A stretch of DNA of 24,874 nucleotides, from IMG/VR virus record IMGVR_UViG_3300011335_000877, positions 1 to 24,874 of that record; one strand, 5' to 3'. A program made the translations under genes and the position numbers. The notes under the pieces were generated by a model. It saw only the letters and a program-made list of their open reading frames with translations, made no database searches and had not been told where the DNA came from. Below, one piece after another: positions 1-7,555 of this stretch. Positions within the stretch are counted from its first letter, which is position 1. Each line of letters starts with the position of its first letter. Source of the stretch: a virus (lineage: Duplodnaviria > Caudoviricetes).

Positions 1-63
1 CAACAGCCTCCAATCATTAGGCTTTTCTTCATCCATCTCCCTAGAGGAGGGCTTATTCGACCT

Positions 64-1320
64 ATGCACCAACCAAAAGTTCTCTATTCCGGCCCATTTT
101 TCAATGGAGACGAAATAAAAGCAGCCGTAGATTGCTTGCTTACTGGTGGCTGGTTGCCATCAGGATCTAATGTGGCACGATTTGAAAAGCAATTTTCCCA
201 AAAATTTAACTTTTCAGAAAGTTTAATGGTGAATAGCGGCAGCTCCGCTAATCTTGTGATGTTAGCTGCACTCAAGCAATATTTTGACTGGCCAGATGGC
301 GCGGAAATTATTGTGAGTGTTGTTGGTTTCCCTACAACAGTGGCTCCTATATTGCAAAATAATATGATCCCAAGATTCGTGGATATTGAATGGGAAAGTT
401 TAAATTGGAATTTAGATCAAGTCGAAAATGCTATTAATGAAAAAACCGTAGCAGTAATCAATAGTCCAGTGCTTGGCAACCCTTGTGATATTGATCGACT
501 GCTGTCCATTTGCAAGGCAAATAATATCCATGCCATTGCTGATGGTTGTGATTCACTAGGGAGCAAATGGAAAAATAAATGGTTGTCAGATTATTTTGTG
601 GCATCATCTTGTTCTTTTTACCCTGCCCATCACATCACCACAATGGAAGGCGGGATGGTGTCATCTTCTCTTCCCGGATTCAATAAACTTGCAAGAAGTT
701 TTGCTTGGTGGGGTCGGGATTGCTATTGCGTGGGGGAATGCAATTTACTTACCAACGGAACATGCGGCAATCGTTTTGGCAAGTGGTTAGAGGGATATGA
801 CGTATCAGTTGATCATAAATATGTATTTAGTACCATTGGTTACAATTTAAAACCTCTTGACTTGCAGGGTGCCGTTGGATCTGTACAGTTAGAAAAATTC
901 GATGAAATTCATGCTAAGCGTCGGGCTAATTATCAACGCATTGCAAGTATATTTAGCGTACTTCCATCGTCTGTAAAAGTAATCACTGAAAGCAGTGAAG
1001 TGGAATCTAGCTGGTTTGGAGTGCCAATTGTTTGCGAGCAGCCCAATGTCAAGCATGCATTACAAAGGTATCTTGAGCAGAATGGCATACAAACTAGAAA
1101 TTACTTTGCAGGTAATCTTTTGTTGCATCCTGGTTACAAACATCTTGGCGATGCCAAGGAATTTCCTAATGCCTATCAAGTGCTTGATAAAGTTTTCTTT
1201 GTGGGATGTCATCCTGGCATGACTGATGATGCTTTTGAATGGATAGAAGAAGTGATTGCTGGATTCCTGAAGGGATGCAATATTGTTGCTGATGGCTATA
1301 ATTGGGATATCGCAGATTAA
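64..1320 (+). CDS. rfbH: DegT/DnrJ/EryC1/StrS-family enzyme, RfbH/DdhC (E1)-like NDP-4-keto-6-deoxyglucose 3-dehydratase
   Basis: Motifs NSGSSAN, FPTT, DGCDSLGS, SFYPAHHITTMEGG (His at the Schiff-base Lys position), WGRDCYC...TCG, DHKY, GYNLKPLDLQGA, TRNYFAGN; RBS GAGGAGG at 44-50. Confidence 0.88.
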   Translation: MHQPKVLYSGPFFNGDEIKAAVDCLLTGGWLPSGSNVARFEKQFSQKFNFSESLMVNSGSSANLVMLAALKQYFDWPDGAEIIVSVVGFPTTVAPILQNNMIPRFVDIEWESLNWNLDQVENAINEKTVAVINSPVLGNPCDIDRLLSICKANNIHAIADGCDSLGSKWKNKWLSDYFVASSCSFYPAHHITTMEGGMVSSSLPGFNKLARSFAWWGRDCYCVGECNLLTNGTCGNRFGKWLEGYDVSVDHKYVFSTIGYNLKPLDLQGAVGSVQLEKFDEIHAKRRANYQRIASIFSVLPSSVKVITESSEVESSWFGVPIVCEQPNVKHALQRYLEQNGIQTRNYFAGNLLLHPGYKHLGDAKEFPNAYQVLDKVFFVGCHPGMTDDAFEWIEEVIAGFLKGCNIVADGYNWDIAD

Positions 1321-1322
1321 TT

Positions 1323-1625
1323 ATGAACAAAAAAGAACGCCAAGCTAAAATTTCAAAAGTAATGAAAGAATTTAAAAGTGGCAAACTAAAGAGCAGCACT
1401 GGTGAGCTAATCAAAAGCCCCCAGCAGGCACTTGCCATTGCCCTTTCTGAAGCTGGCATGACTCGCAAGCCCAAGGAAGGCAAAAGTGACGAATATTACA
1501 TGGGCTTTTTTAAAGAAATGGCAGGGGAGGAAGAAGAGGAGGAAGAAGGCAATATGGATGAAAGCACTGGTGAAAAACGCTGCAAAGCATATTTAAATAC
1601 AGTGCAAAAAAGCAAAAAAAAGTAG
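1323..1625 (+). CDS. Small DUF6496-like protein (100 aa), 0-frame product of a putative -1 frameshift gene
   Basis: KISKVMKEFKSGKLKSS...QALAIALSEA resembles DUF6496; ATG at 1323 just after the upstream stop is preferred to TTG at 1302; ends AAA AAA AAG TAG. Confidence 0.75.
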   Translation: MNKKERQAKISKVMKEFKSGKLKSSTGELIKSPQQALAIALSEAGMTRKPKEGKSDEYYMGFFKEMAGEEEEEEEGNMDESTGEKRCKAYLNTVQKSKKK

Positions 1626-1671
1626 TTAGGGGCGATGTTCAATCCTTCGTCCCTCCGTCGCCCGTAAGGGA
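1616..1671 (+). promoter_or_regulatory. Putative programmed -1 frameshift signal (A AAA AAG plus downstream stem/pseudoknot)
   Basis: In-phase heptamer at 1616-1622; 7-nt spacer; GGGCGATG (1630-1637) pairs with CGTCGCCC (1656-1663); loop TCCCT (1650-1654) is complementary to AGGGA (1667-1671). Confidence 0.7.
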
Positions 1672-1975
1672 AGCAGCGCGTCGTGGTCTAGAACTGCGTA
1701 GGAAATATGGCAAAGGCGGTTTAACAACGCAGGAAGCCGGGAAAGAAGGCATTGGCAGTGGAGTGGCGAGGGCTGGTGATCTAGCTGGTGGTGGTGGTGT
1801 AAGTTTTGCCACTATTAAACGAATGGCAGCATTCTTTTCGCGGCATGAAAAAAATAAAAGTGGCGGTGAAGATGACGCTGGTTACATAGCCTGGCAATTA
1901 TGGGGCGGCGATGCAGGCAGGTCATGGGCGAATCGCATCATTAAGATGGTAGAAAGTCGCAAACCAAAACCATGA
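1622..1975 (+). CDS. Phage head-region domain (AARRGLELR...TIKRM..FF.RH...IAWQLWGGDAG), probably translated as a -1 extension of 1323..1625 (217 aa fusion)
   Basis: Frame is open from 1574 to 1975. Protein-like sequence VVRGDVQSFVPPSPVREAARRGLELRRKYG begins about 140 nt before the first GTG (1763), and the first ATG is at 1823. Confidence 0.72.
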   Translation, partial: VVRGDVQSFVPPSPVREAARRGLELRRKYGKGGLTTQEAGKEGIGSGVARAGDLAGGGGVSFATIKRMAAFFSRHEKNKSGGEDDAGYIAWQLWGGDAGRSWANRIIKMVESRKPKP

Positions 1976-2289
1976 GCGAATTTGTCCGCGTCATCGAAGA
2001 AGAAGATGAAGGCATTGGCACCATGAAGGCGCTGGCTATTCTTTCATGCAATGAACACCGCAATACTTCCCACTGGCGGTTGATCGAAGAACAGCATTTC
2101 AGAAATGGCCGTTTCGATGAAACGCATATTTTTGTCAAGAATTCTTACGATAAGCCTGATGAACAGTTTGAAGAAACCAAGTTTTTGGTTTTTGAAGCTG
2201 AAGCAATAGCAAAGGCATACGTAATGGAAGGCATTGAAAATCAACTGGCTGATTTGCGTGATGATGATGAAGATGAAGATGGTAATTAA
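1972..2289 (+). CDS. Hypothetical acidic phage protein
   Basis: 105-aa ORF with ATGA overlap to the upstream stop; acidic C-terminal tail. Confidence 0.75.
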   Translation: MSEFVRVIEEEDEGIGTMKALAILSCNEHRNTSHWRLIEEQHFRNGRFDETHIFVKNSYDKPDEQFEETKFLVFEAEAIAKAYVMEGIENQLADLRDDDEDEDGN

Positions 2290-2582
2290 CTGCTAATAGC
2301 AGACACCACAAAAGTGGGATAGCCAAGTAGATATAAAATAGAAAGCTGAAAAACAGAGCTAAGCGTACGGATTTGAGCGCAATCAGGAGATATTGCTCCA
2401 CGTTCCATTCGTGAAATAGTAGTTTGATCGCAATGCAAAATCTGCGCTATGTCTTGCTGTGATAAACCGCAATTTAATCGCGCTTCTTTCATGCGTTGAC
2501 CAATGACTTGCCTGCTTTCCTGGATGGTAATATTTGGTGCTTTAAGCCGAGTGGTGAGGCGCCGAAGCTGAATGTGCTGCAT
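2286..2582 (-). CDS. Cro/CI (XRE)-family HTH DNA-binding protein
   Basis: IGQRMKEARLNCGLSQQDIAQILHCDQTTISRMERG...LSSVFQLSILYLLG is a typical HTH_3 pattern; its stop overlaps the convergent gene's stop in TTAA (2286-2289). Confidence 0.9.
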   Translation of the reverse strand: MQHIQLRRLTTRLKAPNITIQESRQVIGQRMKEARLNCGLSQQDIAQILHCDQTTISRMERGAISPDCAQIRTLSSVFQLSILYLLGYPTFVVSAISS

Positions 2583-2602
2583 TCCTAGGCAATATATCCT
2601 AA

Positions 2603-2627
2603 GTTAGTCTATCTTACGTTAGATTAT
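2603..2627 (+). promoter_or_regulatory. Candidate promoter/operator between the HTH gene and the head operon
   Basis: Direct repeats GTTAGTCTAT (2603-2612) and GTTAGATTAT (2618-2627), each holding a TAnnnT -10-like hexamer; overlapping imperfect palindrome ATCTTACGTTAGAT (2611-2624). Confidence 0.45.
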
Positions 2628-2637
2628 TTGATAGAGT

Positions 2638-3834
2638 ATGGACATGAGCGACACTTGCTTCCGTTACGATGTAGCGCCGATTGACAAGTATGAACTAACC
2701 CCTGAGGGTTATCTTCGTGCTTGGGCAACCATCGCTCGCACTGGTGTGCAACAGTACACTGATGCAGATGGTTCTATTCGTCGTGAATATCGCCCGGAGT
2801 CAGAAGTGGCGTCTCCTATTAGCTTGGCCTCGTTTGCGGGCAAAGCAATTACTCTTGAACATCCATCAGCTCTTTTAGATAGTTCTAATACAAAGGATTA
2901 TCAAATTGGCTTCACTAGCACTGAAGTGGTTTATGACAACGGCTTTGTTCGTGCAGTTATGACAATCACTGATAAAGATGCTATTGAACGCATTATGCGT
3001 GGTGATGCAAAGGAGGTCAGCGCTGGTTATCGCGTCAATTATGAGGCGATTCCTGGTGTGACTGATAGTGGTGAAAATTACGATGGCATCCAAAAAGATA
3101 TCAGCGGAAATCACATTGCTGTTGTTCGCCGGGGTAGAGCTGGCCCGCAAGTGAAGCTGCATTTAGATCGTCTAGATGCTGCCGACCCTTCTTTATTTAC
3201 TCCCATTGAGGAACCATCTATGACTGCAAAAGTCAATTTTGATGGCGCTGAGTTTGATGTGACTGAGAGCGTAGCGCTAGCGATCACTAAAGAACGAGAT
3301 GACGCCAAAAAAAGCTACGAAGACATGAAGAAAATGTACGATGGCATGATGGCTGAAGCTTCCAAAATGAAGGAAGAAATGGATGCCATGCAAAAGGAAA
3401 TGAAAGGTAAGTGCGATGCTGCCGAAGGGCGGGCCGATGCACTTGCAGAGGAAGTAGAAAGCCTTAAGGCTGATCTTTCCGAAGCACAAAAGGTGAATGT
3501 TGATGGTCTTGTTGAAGAGCGTGTTGCGCTCATTGACAAAGCACGTCCTTCCCTTGATAGTGCTTTTGATTTTACTGGCCTTTCAGCTCGTGAAATCATG
3601 GAAACCTCCATCAAAGCCGTTCGTGGCGATGTTGATTTATCAGCTCGTTCTGATGATTACATCACCGCTATGTTCGACACCTTGGCAGAATCCCCTCGTG
3701 GTGATTCTCCCGCTACGGAAGAACTGCGTAAAGCTGTTGCTTCCATCACTTCTCCAATGTCTGCTCCTTCTTCCTACATGGATAAGTTGCAGAATGCTTG
3801 GAAATCCCCACTCTCCGTCTCTAAGGAGCGCTGA
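2638..3834 (+). CDS. DUF2213-family prohead protease/scaffold protein
   Basis: TPEGYL...IARTGVQQY, YRPESEV, GKAITLEHP, EVSAGY, NHIAVVRRGRAG, then an acidic coiled-coil C-terminal half; lies directly upstream of the decoration and capsid genes. Start could be ATG 2644. Confidence 0.9.
   Translation: MDMSDTCFRYDVAPIDKYELTPEGYLRAWATIARTGVQQYTDADGSIRREYRPESEVASPISLASFAGKAITLEHPSALLDSSNTKDYQIGFTSTEVVYDNGFVRAVMTITDKDAIERIMRGDAKEVSAGYRVNYEAIPGVTDSGENYDGIQKDISGNHIAVVRRGRAGPQVKLHLDRLDAADPSLFTPIEEPSMTAKVNFDGAEFDVTESVALAITKERDDAKKSYEDMKKMYDGMMAEASKMKEEMDAMQKEMKGKCDAAEGRADALAEEVESLKADLSEAQKVNVDGLVEERVALIDKARPSLDSAFDFTGLSAREIMETSIKAVRGDVDLSARSDDYITAMFDTLAESPRGDSPATEELRKAVASITSPMSAPSSYMDKLQNAWKSPLSVSKER
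3220..3834 (+). CDS. Putative nested in-frame scaffold protein (204 aa)
   Basis: GAGGA at 3208-3212 lies 7 nt before the in-frame ATG at 3220, at the boundary between the protease domain and the helical region. Confidence 0.55.
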   Translation: MTAKVNFDGAEFDVTESVALAITKERDDAKKSYEDMKKMYDGMMAEASKMKEEMDAMQKEMKGKCDAAEGRADALAEEVESLKADLSEAQKVNVDGLVEERVALIDKARPSLDSAFDFTGLSAREIMETSIKAVRGDVDLSARSDDYITAMFDTLAESPRGDSPATEELRKAVASITSPMSAPSSYMDKLQNAWKSPLSVSKER

Positions 3835-3837
3835 TCC

Positions 3838-4398
3838 ATGGCCGTAACTTTTACCACGTCGGGGACTGCTTCTGCTGGTGGTGTGCAACAGAGCTATGCT
3901 CTGGCTCAAACTGCTTTGCTGGAAGGTCAACTCTCTGATATTCGCGACAACACCATTGGCACCTACATCAACGAAACAGCAGTTGTACTGCCTTTCGGTA
4001 ATGTGCAGGTGTACAACACTGCTGGCACTGTAGCTAATTCTGCTACCACCATTTCTGGTGCTTCCGATACTGTTCTTGGTATCAATGTTCTCACTTACGT
4101 TGACGAAACCGCACTGAACGCCGATAATCGTCCTGGTGTGAAAGTTGATCAAGTGCTGAATGTTGCTAATGAAGGTGCAGTAGCTGTTTATGTGACTGGT
4201 GCCGTCACTCCTGCTTCCATAGTCCGCGTGTTGTATTCAGCAAGCGGCACTGGCAAGGCTGGTCAATTCAGCCATGCTTTTGCTTCGGGCAAGACTGTTC
4301 GTATGGCCAATGCTCGTTATCTTTCTACTACCACTGGTAGTGGACTGGCGATCTTGGAACTGAACGGCCCAAGCTTTACTCTCTCCGCTGATTCTTGA
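3838..4398 (+). CDS. Capsid decoration/cement protein
   Basis: Position between protease and capsid gene; A/T/G/S/V-rich; LPFG and EGAVAVYVTGAVTP..IVRV motifs; RBS TAAGGAG upstream. Confidence 0.8.
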   Translation: MAVTFTTSGTASAGGVQQSYALAQTALLEGQLSDIRDNTIGTYINETAVVLPFGNVQVYNTAGTVANSATTISGASDTVLGINVLTYVDETALNADNRPGVKVDQVLNVANEGAVAVYVTGAVTPASIVRVLYSASGTGKAGQFSHAFASGKTVRMANARYLSTTTGSGLAILELNGPSFTLSADS

Positions 4399-4413
4399 TA
4401 GGAGGCCCTACCA

Positions 4414-5328
4414 ATGTCTGAATTTCGTATGGACGAAGCGGGTCTGTTTCTTGAGCGTCAGCTTGAGTACATCCGCCCCCAGGTATTTGAAACGGTTTAT
4501 GCCGACATCAAATATCCAACTATTTTGCCTGTAACTAGCGAAGCTGGTCCTGGCGCACAAACCTTCACCTTCCGCATCATGAACTCCACTGGTGAGTTCA
4601 AACTGATTGCAGATGCTGCTGATGATTTGCCCCGTGCAGATATTAGCCAAGTGGAAAAAAGCATCAACATTCGTTCTTTCGGTGGTAGCTTCGGTTATAC
4701 CGTGCAGGAACTACGTGCTGCTCAAATGGCCAACATTGCTCTTGAGCAGCGTCGTGCGCAAGCCGTGCGTCGTGCTTATGAAGAGAAAGTGGAAGCTGTT
4801 GCCATGTTTGGTGAGTCCACTGTTGGTTTGGCTGGTTTCTTCAACAATTCAACTGTTGATGTGATTGCAGCTAACAAATGGTTCACTGGCGCCACTGCTA
4901 GTGGCACTGCTCAAGACATGCTGGAACTATTGAACTATGGCGTTAGTGCCATCATCAATGCTTCCAAAATGAAGGAGCAGCCCGACACTATTCTGTTGGC
5001 TTACGAAGACTACAACGTAGTAAGCACCACTCGTAATTCCGATTCTTCGGACGTTACTGTGCTTGAGTATTTCCTTCGCACCAACCCCTACATCCGTAAT
5101 GTTGAGCCAATCAACCAGTTGGATGCAGACAACAGCGTATTAAATACCAACCGTATGGTGGTATATAAGCGTGATCCAGAGAAAGTGCAACTGCACATTC
5201 CTCAACCCTTGGAACTGTTCCCGCCTCAACAGCGTGGTCTTGAGTTCATTGTTCCTGCTCACGCTCGCGTGGGTGGTGTATCTCTGTACTTCCCCAAGAG
5301 CGTCATCTATGTTCAAGCTTCTGCTTGA
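4414..5328 (+). CDS. Major capsid protein (DUF2184-like, HK97 fold)
   Basis: FLERQLEYI, DDLPRADI, FGYTVQELRAA, ARVGGVSLYFP motifs; strong GGAGG at 4401-4405; 304 aa. Confidence 0.93.
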   Translation: MSEFRMDEAGLFLERQLEYIRPQVFETVYADIKYPTILPVTSEAGPGAQTFTFRIMNSTGEFKLIADAADDLPRADISQVEKSINIRSFGGSFGYTVQELRAAQMANIALEQRRAQAVRRAYEEKVEAVAMFGESTVGLAGFFNNSTVDVIAANKWFTGATASGTAQDMLELLNYGVSAIINASKMKEQPDTILLAYEDYNVVSTTRNSDSSDVTVLEYFLRTNPYIRNVEPINQLDADNSVLNTNRMVVYKRDPEKVQLHIPQPLELFPPQQRGLEFIVPAHARVGGVSLYFPKSVIYVQASA

Positions 5329-5378
5329 GCCTAATTAAGCAAAGGGCGTTAAGCTATCATCAGTTCTCATGAACATGC

Positions 5379-5765
5379 ATGCTAATCGCTTATCGCCCTG
5401 AGCTTGAAAATCCGCCTCGTGAAGGAGGGTTTGGTATTATCACCGATGGTGGAATGATTCAACTGGCTCCTGGTCTTAATCAGGATGTACCAGAAACTCA
5501 ATGGAAAATCGCTCAAGAAAATCCAACTGTAAAAAGGTTGATTACTATTGGTGCCATTGAAGAAGTAAGGGAGCAACTAACAGTGGAAAATATTCCACAT
5601 GATGTGCAAACCCTTGCTACTCTTCCCATCGTCGAATCCGCCCGCATCATTGAATTGATTCATGACCTCGATCAACTCGCGGCATGGAAAAAAATTGAAG
5701 GGCGTGTGAGGGTACGTAATGCAATTGCAAAACGACAGGAATCCATCAAAGCAGGTAAGGCATAA
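5379..5765 (+). CDS. Hypothetical phage protein following the capsid gene
   Basis: 128-aa ORF filling the gap between the capsid and adaptor genes; -10-like GTTAAGCTAT at 5348-5357. Confidence 0.8.
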   Translation: MLIAYRPELENPPREGGFGIITDGGMIQLAPGLNQDVPETQWKIAQENPTVKRLITIGAIEEVREQLTVENIPHDVQTLATLPIVESARIIELIHDLDQLAAWKKIEGRVRVRNAIAKRQESIKAGKA

Positions 5766-5767
5766 TC

Positions 5768-6082
5768 ATGGCTGTTACTTACGCAGATTTCCTTGATCGT
5801 TTCCCTGAATTTACGCCCCATCCATCGGGAATTGTAAACGGGGCTCTTTCCGAAGCTACTGCCGATGCATCAGCAGATGTATTTGGTTCTCAAACCGATA
5901 GAGCAGTAAAACACCTTACAGCGCATATAGTTGCCATTCAACTTGCACAAATGGGCATTCAAATTGGTGCCACTGAAGGCAAGGTATATGGCAAAGGACT
6001 TGACGCCACTCAGTATGGCCAAGAGTTCAAACGAATGCTTGATACCGCCGCTGATTCTCTTTCAATTGGTTTTGTTGCATGA
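5768..6082 (+). CDS. Head-tail adaptor (DUF4054-like)
   Basis: FLDRFPEF, HLTAH and TQYGQEF motifs; position after the capsid module. Confidence 0.85.
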   Translation: MAVTYADFLDRFPEFTPHPSGIVNGALSEATADASADVFGSQTDRAVKHLTAHIVAIQLAQMGIQIGATEGKVYGKGLDATQYGQEFKRMLDTAADSLSIGFVA

Positions 6083-6468
6083 CCAACGTCCTCTTACCAT
6101 TAGCTAATGCCACACTTGTGTGGTCGGTGGCTTCTGGTTATGTCGTTGAATCAGGCACTGGTAATTACGTTCCCACTGCAACTGGCATTACTTATTACGC
6201 TAGTTTAAAGCAAAAACGTAATCCACAGTATGATTATTTGCTTGGTGCAGATAATACTGCTGTGTATATGGAAGGACGTTTGACAGGGCCTCTAGCTTTG
6301 TCTGGCATCACTCCTGGAAGTTCAGCTTCTGCCACAATCAATGGAAGAGAGGGGCGATTTGAGTTATTACCTAATGAACAAATTGCTGAACATTATTGGC
6401 AGTTTTTAGGCACACCAGTCAGAGGTATCTTTAGACTGGTAGGCAAAGGAAGCGTACAGAACGTCTGA
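6079..6468 (+). CDS. Putative head-closure (stopper) protein
   Basis: 129 aa, beta-rich, ATGA-coupled to the adaptor; assigned mainly by synteny. Confidence 0.6.
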   Translation: MTNVLLPLANATLVWSVASGYVVESGTGNYVPTATGITYYASLKQKRNPQYDYLLGADNTAVYMEGRLTGPLALSGITPGSSASATINGREGRFELLPNEQIAEHYWQFLGTPVRGIFRLVGKGSVQNV

Positions 6469-6508
6469 CGCTTAACCACTTTCTCTTTTCCATTGTTGAG
6501 GCATTCTC

Positions 6509-7090
6509 ATGCTCTACCATCCCACAGAACTGGTTAAGAGCCAAGACGTAATTGTACGTGTTGGTTCTATCATCACCGCTAGCGGTCGTCCAGTCATCAC
6601 TCAATCCGGCGCTACTTTCACAGTATCTGGTGCTCCCACCCTTTACACCCTTCAGGCGGCCACTACGGCTTCTGTTGCTTTCAATGATGGCAACACTGAA
6701 TTCTACCTGCTTGGTGGTGGTGGTTTCTCTGATAGCGTGATTGTTACCAGTGCAGCTACTGCTTCAATCACTTCCTACTTCCAGAAAGATGTTGATGGTA
6801 CTACATTTGTGCCTGACAGCTTTGATGAAGCTTTCCAAGTAATTGCTACTGGTCGTTATGACAAGACGGCTGAAGTATATGTTGAAATCAACAAACAACT
6901 TGGCGTTAGTGGTAGCACTTACTACTACGACCGTGTGGCTTATGTTGGTCGTGTTATGAACTACAACGAAAGCTATCCTGCTGATAACTTGGTTGAAGTT
7001 ACTTTTGATTTGATGAGCCGTGGTCGCATTGGTATTCACCAAAATGCTACTAGCTCCGGCAGCATCATCCCAACTGCTCCTAACAGCTAA
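6509..7090 (+). CDS. Major tail tube protein
   Basis: 193 aa, S/T/G/A-rich; EFYLLGGGGFSDSVIVT beta-loop and NESYPADNLVEVTFDLMSRG C-terminal strand pattern; followed by a terminator-like hairpin. Confidence 0.8.
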   Translation: MLYHPTELVKSQDVIVRVGSIITASGRPVITQSGATFTVSGAPTLYTLQAATTASVAFNDGNTEFYLLGGGGFSDSVIVTSAATASITSYFQKDVDGTTFVPDSFDEAFQVIATGRYDKTAEVYVEINKQLGVSGSTYYYDRVAYVGRVMNYNESYPADNLVEVTFDLMSRGRIGIHQNATSSGSIIPTAPNS

Positions 7091-7114
7091 ACGCTTTTAC
7101 TATTGTTTTCTGCT

Positions 7115-7144
7115 AGCCTCTCCTTACGGGGAGGCTTATATTTT
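7115..7144 (+). terminator. Rho-independent terminator-like hairpin after the tail tube gene
   Basis: AGCCTCTCC-TTAC-GGGGAGGCT (9 bp, one G-U pair) followed by TATATTTT. Confidence 0.7.
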
Positions 7145-7553
7145 GGACATCAATCAATTGAGGGAAACAATTTTCGAGTTGCTTTCAGCGGCTCCTAATT
7201 TAATTGGTTCTTACATTTTTCCTAATAATACGCAAGTACCTGCTATTTATGTGGTGGGACAAAAAAGCGTACCACCAGAATGGAAAGTTACTGGCATGGA
7301 AGTTACCATGCGGCAATATCCAGAAATATTGCCTGAAGCTGGTGTGGGCATCGTAAGTGTATTGCAACAATGGGAAGTTATCACTGTGCAATATAATCCT
7401 GATGGTAAACAAATTGCAGAAGCAATGGACAGGATGGTAAGACGTTTTCCTGATGCTAGTTTACGATTCACGCCTGGTGACGATGTGGCTTACGAACGCT
7501 GTAGATTTATTATTCCTGATATGACCATTCGCCGTCTTTATCCTGGCCCTTAA
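7143..7553 (+). CDS. Putative tail terminator/completion protein
   Basis: TTG at 7143 is 8 nt after GGAGG, giving MDINQLRETIFELL...; size and alpha/beta pattern fit tail terminators; function is by inference. Confidence 0.55.
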   Translation: MDINQLRETIFELLSAAPNLIGSYIFPNNTQVPAIYVVGQKSVPPEWKVTGMEVTMRQYPEILPEAGVGIVSVLQQWEVITVQYNPDGKQIAEAMDRMVRRFPDASLRFTPGDDVAYERCRFIIPDMTIRRLYPGP

Positions 7554-7555
7554 TC

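Noticed and set aside
1763-1975. Independent 70-aa gene starting at GTG 1763
   Set aside because: The start falls mid-domain and leaves about 140 nt of coding-like in-frame sequence unexplained.
3832-3840. Protease stop TGA is in frame with the decoration gene (TGA TCC ATG), suggesting a readthrough fusion
   Set aside because: The decoration gene has its own strong RBS (TAAGGAG), and in-frame spacing occurs one time in three by chance.
7020-7142. N-terminal extension of ORF 7020..7553
   Set aside because: It overlaps the tail tube gene and runs through the terminator; TTG 7143 with an RBS is more plausible.
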